Source: Podarcis bocagei
Lineage: Eukaryota
Length of the DNA: 64,000 nucleotides
Strand: one strand, 5' to 3'
Assembly: GCA_964188305.1 (NCBI GenBank)
Contig: OZ076897.1
Positions 12,336 to 25,764 of the stretch are shown here, piece after piece; within the stretch, counting starts at the first letter, position 1, and every line of letters starts with the position of its first letter. The notes below the pieces were generated by a model, which was given only the letters and a program-made list of their open reading frames with translations, was not told the DNA's origin and searched no databases. Made by a program: the position numbers and the translations under genes.

Positions 12336-12401
12336 TGCCTTCCTCTGAATGCTGTGAACCATCAGTTGCCCCTCAAATTATAACAAAAGCAAAGGAATTT
12401 G
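12336..12401 (+). CDS. KMT2C: KMT2C exon (~ex22): VPSSECCEPSVAPQIITKAKEF
   Basis: ttcag|TG...G|gtaact; 66 nt, phase 1/1; not in ORF track. Confidence 0.9.
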
Positions 12402-13494
12402 GTAACTTTTAAAATTCTTTATTTCTCCCCCCTAACATGGTTACTGCTTAACCTAGAAATAAGTTATACAATGTATCAATACGTTTCTTAGCTCTTTTTA
12501 TCTTTTGTCATCATATCGCCTCTTACTAAAAGTGTGTGCTTATAAGTTTTGTTTTTTTGAACATGCAACTGCTCTTCAAAATTTATGGAACAGGCAGATT
12601 TTTTGTTTAAGTAAATCCCTAAAGTGAGCCCAAAACAGGGCTGAAATGGGACATTTTAGTGGGTGGTTTTTTCCTGGATTTCATTAATTTGTTACCTTTT
12701 CTCCCTTAACATGAGCACTGCTATAAATTGCTTATGGAACAGCCTTTTGGGGTTTTTCCTTGGACTCAGTTTGAGTAGAACCTTTGCAGGGTCAAAGTAG
12801 TTATGCTATGGTGATAGCATGAAGAAATATCTGCAGGAAGCAATCAAGAAAACTGTAAAGAAACAATGGTCTGGTTTGCATTTCATGCTAATCCAAATTT
12901 AGGCTTAGCAAGACCACATAGGCTTCCAGGGAGGAGCTCATTGCTGCTTCACCCCTGGTAATTCACTCACCACACTTTAGTGAAACCATAGTTTGGCTTA
13001 GTGTGCCATCTGAACCCAGCCTGTCCTGGAAAAAACCATAAACCACAGGACAAACCTTGGTTAGCGCCCATGGTTAGTCTGGAAAAAGCAAAACTTGAAG
13101 CCCAGATTCAGATGTTGTGGCTTAGTTCAGCATGGTGCAGCAGTAAAACAATCAAAGAGGATTGTTCCCAGACTCTGGGAACCCACACACTTTTACTAAA
13201 CCATGGTTGAGTTTAGCATGACATGTGAACCAGTCATTTGTTCTTTCTATCAGATTGGAATAAATAATATATCAATGGAAAAGCTTTGTGTTATTCTGAA
13301 CCAATGTTGATTTACTTCAGAAATAGTTCTGCTCATTTTTATTTCTTTTGCTCTGATGTTACAATGGATAATTGTTAGTATGTTAATTGCAAGTTCCTTA
13401 AAGTTGGGGGGTGGTGGAATATAGTTACACAATGCTTGTAAGCTAAGGTTATTAAAGTTGTGTATTCCTGTTATGGTTCATGCAAATTTCATAG

Positions 13495-13707
13495 ACCCAC
13501 CGAAGACATACACTCAGGATGGAGTCTGTCTGACAGAAACAGGGATGTCTCAGTTACAGAGCCTCAGTGCTGTTGTACCAAGAAGAAAACGGACAAAGCC
13601 AAAGCTCAAGTTGAAGATTATAAACCAGAATAGTGTGGCTGTACTCCAGACCCTGCCTGACATCCAATCAGAACACTCAAGGGATGGCGAGATGGATGAC
13701 AGTAGAG
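13495..13707 (+). CDS. KMT2C: KMT2C exon (~ex23): DPPKTYTQDG...MDDSR
   Basis: atag|AC...G|gtaatt; 213 nt. Confidence 0.95.
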
Positions 13708-14288
13708 GTAATTGTTGCTTTGTGCTGTATGTCGCTGTTAACAATAGAAGCAGTTTACAGAAGGATATGGGTTATTGAGGCAGTTGGGATTTTCAGTAGT
13801 TCAGGTCTTCCAGAAGAGAACCAGAAATTTTGCCCTTCAGTAGACAGAATGTTACAGATCTGCATGTAGCAGAGGTTTGGACTAGATTATCTCCAAGAAA
13901 CCTTCCAACTATATATAACTCTTTGGTTGCCTGCTCTGCCTATCAGTGGCTTTAGCAACCTTTTGCATGCAAAACAGGTACTCCACCACTGCATCTGGAG
14001 CCCTTCCATGTTGGTGTAAGTGCTATGACATAAGCAATTAATTCCCAGTACCTTTATTAGCAAAGGGATGTTAGACTTTCACAATGGTGATGTTATATAA
14101 GGAGATACATAGGTCATGAATGGATTTTAACTTTAATGAGAAATACCTGACTAGTACAATACTTACTGACACATAGTAGAAAGACGACTTGCATAATAAA
14201 ACCCATGTAATAAAATACCCAACAATATTGCTATTCATTAGTATGATAAGTGCCTGCTTATGAGTACAGGTGTATTAGGTGCTGTTTA

Positions 14289-14365
<77 letters not shown>

Positions 14366-14474
14366 TACCCCCACCCATCTAGATGGTTTCCCCAGCCACT
14401 CTGGGCAGCTCCCAACAGAACATTAAAAACACGATAAAACATCAAACAGTAAAAACTCCCCTAAACAGGATGCC
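14289..14474 (-). mobile_element. L2 3' terminus with compound (ATT)13(ATC)12 tail
   Basis: reverse complement matches 44915-45030. Confidence 0.75.
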
Positions 14475-15017
14475 CAGCTGTCTTCCATACCTTCAGTACC
14501 TTTTAGCAACTTTTACTGATTGCCAGCTGCTACTCAGGTTGAAGAAATGGGACCTGGGCACAAGTACACATGTCCTAATGACATTCAAGCCGGATGAACC
14601 TTAGATGACCCTGGACCAGCAGACTTAGAAGAACTACTTGAACTTGGAAGCTCTGCTCAGTGCACCCCCCCCATCCCACCATCAGAGGTGCATTGGGTGG
14701 CAAACAGGGCCTTTTCAGTTATGGCACCCTGCCTCTGAAATTCCGCACCTTTCTCTGCATGTCAGTCACCATCCCTAGTAGCATTTATACCTTCTGTCTT
14801 TTCCCGGCATTTGATTTTAGCAGAGTCCGTTTTTACTACTACTACCTCAGTGTGCTGTCATTTAAAATTGTGTGTGATTTTATTATGCTCATTATTTTAT
14901 ATATGCCATTACATACCTTAGGAAGCTTTTTCCTGAGAATTCTGTAAGAGAAAATGACAACTTCCTATGAATTTTACTTTATAATTGTTTTATGTGTTTG
15001 TGTGTGTTTAAATTCAG

Positions 15018-15146
15018 AAGGAGATCTCATGGACTGTGAGGGAAAATCTGATACAAGCCCTGAACGGGAGCCTGCAGATGATGATCCTAAAGGAGTAGAA
15101 GGAACTGAGGGGATTAAAAAGAGAAAGAGAAAACCATACAGACCTG
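15018..15146 (+). CDS. KMT2C: KMT2C exon (~ex24): EGDLMDCEGK...KPYRP
   Basis: ttcag|AA...G|gtagag; 129 nt. Confidence 0.95.
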
Positions 15147-16512
15147 GTAGAGTACATGCTCCAGATGTTTGCATATTCATTAGGTTTATATTTATTATCT
15201 ATATGTAAATAATCTTTTAACTTACAAACTTGAGTGACTAAATAAGATTTTGCTGAGAATTATCACTTCCCTGTTTGTTGTATATTCCAGCTTCCTCTAA
15301 TTGAGTTGCAATTCATTTCCTGATTCTAAAGAATGGTGTTCCAATGTTGCGAAACAGGAGAACTACCGTATCATTCTCTTAAGTACTAATTTTGTATTGA
15401 AACTTGCCATTGGATCATTAAACCTGATAGGTGGCCTGCTGTTCTGAGTGGTTTGCTTCCACTGTATAAGACAGGAAAATGTCTATGCGAGCACACACTA
15501 TCTCCCCATAACACTATCATGGCGGTGCTGTTAGAGCACCTTTCATTAAAGCAAATAACTACCATAGCAGTTAAAAGAAATTTCTTTTCTGCCCCAGTGC
15601 ATGTGCAAAGTATAATAACTCTAGACAGTCTGTATCAGGAAGGGGGACACTAGCTTTGAAAGTGAAGTTGGAATATTGTTTTCCTTGTCACAACAACATA
15701 ATCCAAACGTTTCAATTTAGACTCTTTTTCTATACATGTAGGATGAGGGAATTTTGCATGTTCTACAAGGATCAGTAGGTCTAAACATCAGTAGGTCTAA
15801 TCAGTTTGTTCCTAACTCTCCCAACGTCTGTACTTCGTCTGTACTTCTACCTAATGTCTTACCCAGTAAATTATCCTCTCAGCAAGAATGAAAGGACATT
15901 CTATTTCACCCTTCCATATTCCATCTGGTTAAGTTTGCTAGATAGACATCATATTCTCCTGTGTTGGTCTATAGTCATTGGGTTTTTGGCAGATGCTTTC
16001 CATTCTAATTCTTTTCTGATGGGAAACTCTGTAGCAGTTAGTTGATTCGTGAAAGCTTATTGTCACTGCTGATTGGCACTGACAGCAAGCCTCCCTTGCC
16101 AGAGAATACTGTAATTGGAAACACTTTAAGACTCTCACCTGATATTACATATGACATCAGGAGTGGGGCAGTTGGCCATGGCTTGCTGCCCACGGATCAA
16201 GGGTTCACTATCCCTGCTATAGTATGTGAGGCACTGGTGCATCATTTTCATTACATATACATCTCAGGACCATGCATCTGGATCACTCAAAGCTCCTGGA
16301 CACATGTTCTGGTAGCATAAAATAAGTTGCATGACCACCTCTTGTATTCTGATGTAGAGCCAGTTGCTTACTAAATATGTACTGTGTATCCACTTCCAGT
16401 TTTATACTTAAGGTGGACTTTAGTGTTTGTGAATCTACAAAAAGGTGAAATCCAAGTATGTTTTCCTAATTCAAATAAATTCAAGGTGTATTATGTGTAT
16501 GTGTTTTTACAG

Positions 16513-16632
16513 GCATTGGTGGATTTATGGTACGTCAGCGGAGTCGTACGGGACAGGGAAAAACAAAACGATCTCTTTCAAGGAAGGACTCCTCTGGCTC
16601 TGTATCTGAGCAGATACCCAGCAGAGATGAAA
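16513..16632 (+). CDS. KMT2C: KMT2C exon (~ex25): GIGGFMVRQRSR...PSRDE
   Basis: acag|GC...A|gtgggt; 120 nt; this donor preserves the frame. Confidence 0.9.
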
Positions 16633-18055
16633 GTGGGTACTAATTATGTGAATCAACCACTTAAATGTGACACTGATAGTTATGTTAAATTATCTGTCAC
16701 TATAGCAACATGTACTCCAATATAGGAGCATTATATTGTTAAGATTCATTATAATGCAATTTTTTAAAAAATTAACTACTGGTTTTCTCCACATCTGTAT
16801 TTTCAGCACTTCCCATAGCACATACTTATTCCTGAAGCATCATTTTAAAAGTGCCTGTCCTGAGCAGTTCATATTAATTTTGCATGTTTTTATTCTTACG
16901 CCTGTTCCATACCATTTGTGCATTAATCTGTGGATTAAAAAAAACTATGAAAATTGTTATTTATTTATTTTTTTGCAGTATTTTACTGCAAAATACATAT
17001 TGAAATAAACATTTTATTTCAATGTATGCATTTCTATAAATTCTTTATCCTAAATGACATACTTCAGTATGTTTTAAAGCAAAAAAAACTGTATTGTGAA
17101 ATTCAGAGGAAGGATCACTGCATTCTGATCTGTGTGAATTAGGTCAGTTTACTTAAATTATGGGCCAAATAAAACTCTTCACCTCACCTGCAACTGCTTG
17201 CTCACCCACCCACCTCACCTTGTTTCTGCCATCTGTTCACACTGTCTCATGCTGCCCATTTATACTCAGAATTGCCTGTCAGGAGGTGGCTACAGGTAAT
17301 GTAGTAGTGTTGAGGGAAAACCGACAAATGGGTTTCTTGCAGTACAGCCTTTTAAAAAATTGTAGTGATAGCATCTGCTCTTGATAAATTACCGGTACTT
17401 TAACCTGGTTAAATCCCTCCTTACTTAACATGTACACAAACTCCAATACTTTTAATGCTCTGTTTAGAACCAGGGATTTTACCATAATCAATAATTTGGG
17501 GTTTGGGTCTTGTTGTCTCAATAGATTGTATCATTATGAAGGCAATGTTAATGAAATGTTATGTTAGCATAGCTTTGTTTTAGGAATGGACAGTAACTGC
17601 AAAGTGGATGATACTTCAGTTGGATTCATTATATTGATTTACCCATAACTGACTTGTTCAGTTACCTAATAATGCTCATCAAAAGTAGGAATTCCCCTCA
17701 ATCTTTTAGAAATCTCTCCTGATGCTTTTCATAACGTAGGTGGTAATGTGTAGGTTCCATATCTTGACACACTGCAGACATTTCCTTAACACTTGAAAAG
17801 GTGCTAAATGTATTTAAGTGTTACTTCAGTAGCTGAATAACTGTGCACAGTATCATTTGGGTGACAAGAGAAAAATAACAATCCTGCTAATATAAAATAA
17901 TATAATGAGAATTAATGAAAGCACCTAAATGAAACATCCTTTTAACAGGTTTAATTCAGTAATAAATTTTATTTGTTTAAAAATAGCATTTGTCACTTAT
18001 GAGGCTTTGTTACTAAAATGTATACAAATACAGATATGCAATCTACAGTATATAG

Positions 18056-18233
18056 CAGGGATATCCAACAGGTTGTTTGGGATCAACTGGTTGATCCGTG
18101 GGAGGTTCGGGCCAATCACGGGATACTCCCCTCTAAAAAAAAGCTGAACTCCCCACCCCCGAAAAGGGGTAGATCACTGCCAGTTTTTTATTCTTTGAGT
18201 AGATCACAGTCTCTTGGGAGTTGGACGTCCCTG
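18056..18233. mobile_element. hAT MITE
   Basis: TIR CAGGGAYRTCCAAC; TSD GTATATAG/GTATACAG. Confidence 0.8.
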
Positions 18234-18560
18234 GTATACAGTATTCAACAATCATTTTCTGTTGAAGAAAAACCATTCCCTATCTTCCTTGAATGCAATT
18301 ATTTCACAGTTATCTCAATTCAGCCCAGAAATAATTTTGTTGATTTTGTTTCATTTCTCTTTACATCTCTGAATACCTTAAGAAAACATTATGCATCATT
18401 TGCTAAATTGGTCCATCTCTGCAGTTCTGCATTATTGTAATTTTTATAATATTGCTGTTTTAAACTAAGGTGTACAGATGCTAAACAGAGTGGGGCAATA
18501 CCTCAAGAGTGGGCAAGAGTTATAAGTAAATTTGTTATTATGCATGTTTGTCATTGTTAG

Positions 18561-18691
18561 GTTGGAGTGAACAGCTACTAGATACACCCGTTGATGAAAC
18601 TACTCCTGTTTCAGAGAATACAGAAAAAATTAAAAAGCGTTACAGGAAGAAGAAAAACAAGCTTGAAGAAATCTTCCCAGCGTACTTGCAG
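18561..18691 (+). CDS. KMT2C: KMT2C exon (~ex26): WSEQLLDT...FPAYLQ
   Basis: ttag|GT...CAG|gtatag; 131 nt. Confidence 0.95.
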
Positions 18692-19547
18692 GTATAGTCA
18701 TTGCTATGCATAGCGTGCTGCTTAAGATTAGCATTTGCATATATTGAATAAACTGTTAATCGGTGTAAAACACAAACATTTGCTTTCCAGTTATGTAATT
18801 CATTATCACTCTAAGTTGATTTTGCATAAAGAGCGATCGTTTCAACAGCCTCCTTTTGCTATTAAGCATTAAAACATAAATTACACCTTTCCTTCTAATT
18901 TTCCTGTTTCGTTTGTTTTCCAACAAAAACAATAGAATGTTATTCAGACATAACCCAAATGTCTGTATTAATGTTGATATAGATGCTTCAGTTGAAAGTA
19001 GTTTGCCCTTGCTAGGAGGATTTAATTTTGTATACTGATTCTTATAAACAGAGGCTATTTTTTCAGCAGCATGGAGCAATATGGAGAACTTAATTCTTTT
19101 CACCATATATTACCTAGTTTGTATGCTAAGATAGGTGAATTGAACCAAGTTCGCAGAAGAAAAGTTCCCCATCTACTCTTCACTCTAGCAGCTGTCTATG
19201 TGCTCCAAAAAGCTTATCCAAGGGGTCAGGGGGCTTCCTGAACAACCTTGGATGGGCAAGGGGAGCTGTTGAGTGAGGGGAGAATTGCCCCAAATTGGAA
19301 ATGTTTCTTCTTTTTACATAGGATACAAGTATATGAATAGGAAGTAAAGGGCGATGAATTAACTTCAAGAACTTTACATTAAAAAATAGTCATTTGTGTT
19401 GAGTTTAATTTTACTATGTTCTAGCCACAAAGTTAACATTAGAATGAACTAAATTGGGTGAACAATAGTTTTGTATGTAAAGAAATCAGTTTTTGGTTTT
19501 GTGTTCCAGTGCTCAAATGTAGGGAATGTGTTTGTTTTTCCTTGTAG

Positions 19548-19734
19548 GAAGCCTTCTTTGGAAAAGACCTCCTAGATACCAGTAGACAAAGAAAACCAAG
19601 TTTAGATAATTTATGTGAAGACAGCCTTAACATTTCTTGCAAAGCAAATTTGAACACAAATTTCCTAGATCCATCTTCAGATCCACTTCTTAGCTCAACT
19701 TCCACTCCAGCTCCATCAAAATCTGGAATACAAG
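19548..19734 (+). CDS. KMT2C: KMT2C exon (~ex27): EAFFGKDLLD...SGIQ
   Basis: gtag|GAA...G|gtacaa; 187 nt. Confidence 0.94.
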
Positions 19735-21400
19735 GTACAACGGCTTGTATGTTTTTGTTTCTTTTGGTAAGGGGTACTTGAAGAGCAGAGTTCTTAAAAG
19801 CAGGAATTTTGAGTGGATTGGTAGAAGGACAGTGGTTAGGGAAAGTATTTTGAATAATTTCCTTAGCTATCTTATTAATTAGTATTCTCAGTAAGTGTGT
19901 TCTCTACTGCTGAGCTATGGCCCTTCTGGCAGTTTACAGTTCCTATAGGTTTCCAACATTGTTGGAAGGGGTGGAATTGTACTCAAACCTGATAGCTATA
20001 TTGTCTCGTCAGCAGATGGTAGCAATTGGACAGTGGCTCTTGAGTATACTCTCTCATTATAGTGACAAGAATCCCCCTGATTTACCAAAGAGCTCATGTT
20101 TCTGAAGCAGTTGAGAAAAATTGCTGGAGTGCAGATGGTATAAAACCAAAGATTATGAAGCCTGGGCCAGGACAGCAGTGGCTGACATTACAGTCTATGT
20201 TTATTATATGGGGAAGGTGTTATATGGACCCAAGCTGTTTCAGCACGGGGGTGAGGAACATTTTTCAGCCGTAGGCCACTTTCTGGCACCTACATGCCAG
20301 TGGTGAGTAAGGCCCAAACAAAAGGGCATGGGCCTAAAGTACTGCAGGAGCTGGTGTGTCCACATAAATGTACTGCACACACCACATAATTATGCTGCAC
20401 ACACATACATATATGCAGGATCTCACTCTTTTTCACACATACACACAAATAGGCCTTATCAGTCTTAATTGCGAAAGAGGGTATCCTCACAGAGATTGCA
20501 TGATTAACCCTTCCCTTCCTAGCTGCCCCCTTTGTGAAATCCATCCCCGCACCCATAGCAATTAGGCTTGAGTAAAGCCTTCCACTGGTACGGCTGTTTT
20601 CAAGCCTAATTACACTGGAGGTTGCTTCCAGAAGAGGATCACAGCTGTGATTCCCTCCCCCCATGGCCCCCTGCACTGCAATTAAGCTTGGAAAAAGGAT
20701 TCTATGGGCTCCAAATAGGAGGCTTTTTTTCAAGCCTAAAATCTGTAGGGATAGCTGGGGAGGAGGTGGGGTGCTGTGGGTGGGTTGTATCCTACCCATG
20801 GCCTGCCAGTTTCTTGCTCTGATTTAAGTCATTGTAGGCCAATTCCCAAAGTGTTAAATGGTGTTTCAACTGTTTACTTAGATTTGAGCTTTCGGTTTAC
20901 AAAGAAACATTCAAGCCTCTTTTTCGTAAAGAGAAAATAAAAGAAAGGTATCTGATTGGAGAAACACATACTCAAAATAATACCTGTTTAAAAACCCTTG
21001 AGCTCAGAGCAAATGGATAAATAACATGGGGGATCACAGTTGTTATGATTAAGGGCTTTTCCACACTGACCTTTCTTCCACTCTTTCTAGGCAAGGACTG
21101 TGATATAAAGTGCTGTGTCCAAGTGCCCTCCATTTTTTATTGCTCCAGAGCTTTTCCCTGGGGTCAAAAACCCACTCTTTAAATTCCAATCAAAAGAAAT
21201 GTCAGTCCACTGAATACCCAAATTGACATTTGCTCCAGTTTGGCTTTAAAGAAGGGTCATTGCGGGGAAAGCTCAGGGCAAAAAGACCAACCAAAACACA
21301 CTCATATATGGAGCTTTAAAGCACAGAGCTTTGCCTTGAAAGAGCAGAGTAAAAGGTAAATGTGGATAAATTCATTGTGTAAAGCACCTGTTTTCTGTAG

Positions 21401-21499
21401 GTACCTCGGATGACCCATTAGCTGCCCTTGTGCTGAGCACTGATGATGACATACTTGGAATTCTTTCTGATGATTTAGTGAAATCTGGGGATCATTCAG
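21401..21499 (+). CDS. KMT2C: KMT2C exon (~ex28): GTSDDPLAA...GDHS
   Basis: gtag|GT...G|gtacat; 99 nt. Confidence 0.93.
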
Positions 21500-21857
21500 G
21501 TACATGTATATGTTTTTGTTGGTTTTGTGAAATTTGTCTTGATTTATAAAATCATCCTGTTCATGGTATTATGCAACTATTTATATATGTATTTCTTATA
21601 CCATAAGTATGCTTCAGCAAGCAAAGGACTCTTTCTTATTTCTTGCTTTGATCAATAAATCTGCACTTTATTTTACTTTGCACTTTATTGATGTGGGGAT
21701 AACTTTTAAAAATCTTGTTGGTGTCTGGCATTCCCATGTACTATTTTAGCATGCAGCTGTATATACTTTTGGTTTATATTCTTTCTTGCTTTTTCAGCCT
21801 CTCCTTTTCTTTCTTTCTTGTTATAATCATCCATTTTATCTGGTTTGGATCTTGTAG

Positions 21858-21905
21858 GTCTTGATTTATGCACTTTCCAGGTTGAGAGCTCATCCTCCCC
21901 TTTTG
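21858..21905 (+). CDS. KMT2C: Candidate alternative KMT2C cassette exon: GLDLCTFQVESSSSPF
   Basis: long U/C tract, ttgtag|GT...G|gtaagg; 48 nt, phase 1/1, stop-free in the KMT2C frame. Confidence 0.6.
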
Positions 21906-23260
21906 GTAAGGAAATAAACAGTGGGTGATTCATGGTTAGAAGTAGTCATCTTTCCTAGTGGTTTTGGCTGATTTTTTATTTTTGCATGTGTAAATATATT
22001 CCATGTCACTAAAAATGCTTTCATCTTTCACTATCTCTGTGTGCAGAGTCTTGTGCAATGTTAAATACCTGCCTGTGCAGTGCACCTAGTAGTGTTTCAG
22101 AATTTTGTTTTAAAATGTTGCGAATAACTGGATTTGTGTGTGTGCCTTTCACAGTACAAAGTAACACGTTTCCTTCCTGCTGCACTATTTAAGTATGCTT
22201 TATAGAGCATCACAGTGATAGACTTCTTTTTTAATTTAGTTTGTTGTATTATGAAAAGCATGAATAAAAAGTTAATATCAGTTTTTAATTTGGCCCTGGA
22301 TAGACACTGCAACTTTGTCAAGCATAAAACACAAGGTTGGAGTCATTACTTTTAAAGATTATATAAGCTATTATGTCTTTAAGTATTATTTTTTGTAATG
22401 GCTTCAACACTGTATTTCCAAGTATTTAAATTCATATACTGCTAAATATTGTAGTTACTAAGTGGTGAGTAAGTGCTATAAGTTAAGTGTGTTTATGATA
22501 CTAACCCTTTTAAGTAACATTTGTATGTAGAATTCCAAGAATTCTATCATTCTTAGACTGGAAATTCTCAGCCACCTCAATCTAATCTCCTACACAACCA
22601 CCACTCCCAATGCCTATATCACCCATTAGGAGAAACACACAAGAAGACAGAGAGGTCATAAATAATCTAGATAGCCTGGGCTTCAGATCCCCTTGAGACA
22701 AGTTGACTAAAACTCACTCAGTTGAGCCTCAGCAACCATGACCATGTGCTGCTTAGCAATATACTGTTCTCTGGTGTTCACTAGCCAATCCAACATGAGG
22801 AAATACTTAGTTCCACCTCTCATTGGTGTGATGTGATAACAGGAACAAGTCTAGTATAATTATTAATCATTCAACAGAGCTTTTCCAAGTGGTTTAGGCC
22901 TTCTGCAGTTTGGCACAGTAGGACATGTGAACAAATCCTCAAAAGCATGCCTTGACATGTTTGCAAGGTTCTTCAAAGATAAGAGCCACTCACAACTGCC
23001 ATGATTTGGATGCAGATCAGCCAAGGGAAGTGTCCAGGACACCTATTTGGTCCAGAGATAGCTTTGCTTTTTTCAGTGGGAAGGAAGGAAATCCTGCGCA
23101 GGGGCAAATCATGTGGAAGGAGAAGAAGGTGGGAAACCCACCCTGTCCCACTCTGTCTCCTCTCTCACACAACTTTGGGAGGCTCCAGTGGTCAGGGGTT
23201 TGTGGACTCTTTGGTGTGTACTGAGGTATATAAGCTGATCTCACAATGCTTCATCTTGTT

Positions 23261-23705
23261 CACTGGCTCTTAGTCCATTCCAGGCTCAATTCAAGATGAC
23301 ATTTTTGAACTTTAAGACCCTTCATAACTTAAAACCAGGGCTCCTGAATCTTTCTCCATCTAGACCTTACTCAAGGGCCCCTTACAAGTGAGATGGGCAA
23401 GTGGCCAAGGGAGAGAGAGGCTTTTACAGTAGTAGCACCCCGGCTATGGATTGACCTCCCTAGGGACGCTCACCTACACTTGCCTTGGTGTCATTTTGGT
23501 GCCAGGCAAATATCTTTTTTTATTTTCCTATACTTTTTAATCTCTTTCAGCTTTCAGCTGTTTCTATTCTCAGCAACTGTTTTTAAGCTGTATTTGTACT
23601 TTCATAGTATCATTGTTACTGAATGTTAAATTGTTTTATTTCCTGTTGTGAGCTACCCTGAGAATATTATTACAAGGTGACCTATATAAATACTGTGAAT
23701 AAATA
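23261..23705 (+). mobile_element. Degenerate L2 3' fragment
   Basis: RAFTVVAPRLW-like motif (REREAFTVVAPRLW); (AAAT)n tail. Confidence 0.65.
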
Positions 23706-24589
23706 ATGTAAGTAAAAAAACACACACAAAAACAGACAGAATCCAGATTTAGATCAGTTATGGAATAGATGAAGTACTACAGGTTCTAATATAGAGAAAG
23801 CAGTTCAGAGAGGAGATGGAGATATATTTTGAAGAGCCTGGAGGGAAGTCTCTCTTTTACTGTAATTGATGACAGACGCCTTTGCAGGAAGTTTAGAACC
23901 AAGAAGTGACTTGTGACAAAAAACTACTACTGTGTAATATATAGGAGAAAAGGCCAAGCAGAATGTTGTTTTTTGCTGAGCATCCCCAGCGCCACCCCCA
24001 GAGCCAAAGGTGGAAAGAGACACAATAATGTTTCTGGCAAACCACACCTAACATCTAAGGATAGTGCCTTGGGCAGAAGCCCCCAGTGTATTCTTGGCTC
24101 TCTTTGGCAAATGTTCTTTTTCACTAGAAAAGGTTGTAAATTGCAGAATCTTACAAAGAGGGTAGAGTCATCCATTTCTGCAGGCTATTTTTGTTTCACC
24201 AGATTTAGACACAATATTAAGTTCTCTGTAAATGTATCTATATCAGTTCTAAAGAAAGTATTTCCTCCTTCAACTATTCCAGAGACAGTTTTGTAGTGTC
24301 CATAGGTTAACTCTTACCTGCTGATGAATATTTGCAAAGAAGCCTCTAATGTTAAAATAATCCAATCACTTGTTGGAATTGTTAAGTTCTTAATACCAGG
24401 AGAGGCTTATGATTCAGGATAATGTTCAGTCAGGTTTGCAAAACCTTTGTTTCTTAGACCAAACGAGTTTTTTAGTTGGGTGTGTTATAGAAAAATATGC
24501 TTCAAATATATTTTCCAAGCAGTTGTTAAACTAGGCACCTCAGCTTATTGCTGGTCTTTTAGTTAAAACCATACTTTTCCTTCCATCAG

Positions 24590-24727
24590 CTGGACTAGAT
24601 ATTGGACCCATATCGGATGATCCATCCTCTATACCTCCACAAAGCGTCAGTCAGAGTTCACGGCCACTGAGTGAAGAACAGTTAGATAGAATCCTGAGCC
24701 CTGAACTGGACAAGATGGTCACAGATG
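24590..24727 (+). CDS. KMT2C: KMT2C exon (~ex29): AGLDIGPISDD...KMVTD (alternative in-frame acceptor gives start 24599)
   Basis: atcag|CT...G|gtaaat; 138 nt. Confidence 0.9.
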
Positions 24728-24869
24728 GTAAATGTTTCTCTTATATCATTACCTCATGAAGGATCTTCTTTTTAGATTTACTTCCTGCTTGGTTTTAATT
24801 AGTTGCAATTACCACAATTCCTTGTACGTATATGTTTGCTAATGTTTCTGTTGATTTTACTTTGTTCAG

Positions 24870-24902
24870 GTGCAATTCTTGGCAAACTGTACAAGATTCC
24901 AG
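24870..24902 (+). CDS. KMT2C: KMT2C exon (~ex30): GAILGKLYKIP
   Basis: ttcag|GT...G|gtatgt; 33 nt. Confidence 0.93.
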
Positions 24903-24987
24903 GTATGTTCTCTTGCTTTTTAGTATCATTTTATGAAGCTTACTAAATGCAACCGTACCTTATATACTCACATGCAGTGTTTTGCAG

Positions 24988-25113
24988 AGCTGGGAGGAAA
25001 GGATGTTGAAGACCTATTTACTGCTGTACTGAGCCCTTCAGCTACTCAGTCAACTCCTTTGCCACAACCCCCACCACCGCCACCTCCTCAACTCATGCAT
25101 TTGCATAATCAAG
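24988..25113 (+). CDS. KMT2C: KMT2C exon (~ex31): ELGGKDVEDLF...LHNQ
   Basis: gcag|AG...G|gtttgt; 126 nt. Confidence 0.93.
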
Positions 25114-25764
25114 GTTTGTTTATTAACTTTTTTTGAAAAATAAAAAATAAAAATGCAGCTGCTAGCAATTCACACACAATTCAGTCATTGGCACCCAGTC
25201 TTGTGAAAAGTGGAAGCTAGAGTATTGTTTTTGTAATTCTTTTTATCAATAAAATTATCCTATAAGGGTGGATATGTTTCTTTTGATACAGCCTGTCTCC
25301 TATCTACCTAGGACAGTAGTGAACAACCTGTGGCCTGGCGGCTGCATCCAACCCTCTCTTTCTTTCTCTACGAAGTTGTATGTGTATGTGTGAGAGAGAG
25401 GTAGAAAGAGGAAGAAAAGGTGACAGAGAACATTCTTCAGTGCTGCAAATTCCATCCACTTTTGTCTCTTCTCTTCCCTGCCCCACAGTCGCTCAGCTCC
25501 TGGCAAATTCTCCCTGAAGAAAGCCAGCCCTTGACAGATTCCCTGCCCCCGCTACTTCATTGGTTCCCACCCCTGTACTCAAGGATGCTTGGCCAACATC
25601 TTTTCAGCTCCTCCTGGCTCCAGCCATGGAATAAGGAACATTATATGTTCCTGAAACCAAACATTGTCTCCTGTACAGCATCCCAGAACCCAGAAAACAA
25701 TGCCAAAACAAGGCTTTAGTCTGCAAAATAGCATGATGTGAGAGGCAGAGTTATTTGAGCTTAG

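Noticed and set aside
12870-13235. Degenerate AAACCA/TGGTTT-rich inverted segments (also ~7560-7800 and 46620-47160)
   Set aside because: Probably old MITEs, but I could not define ends or TSDs
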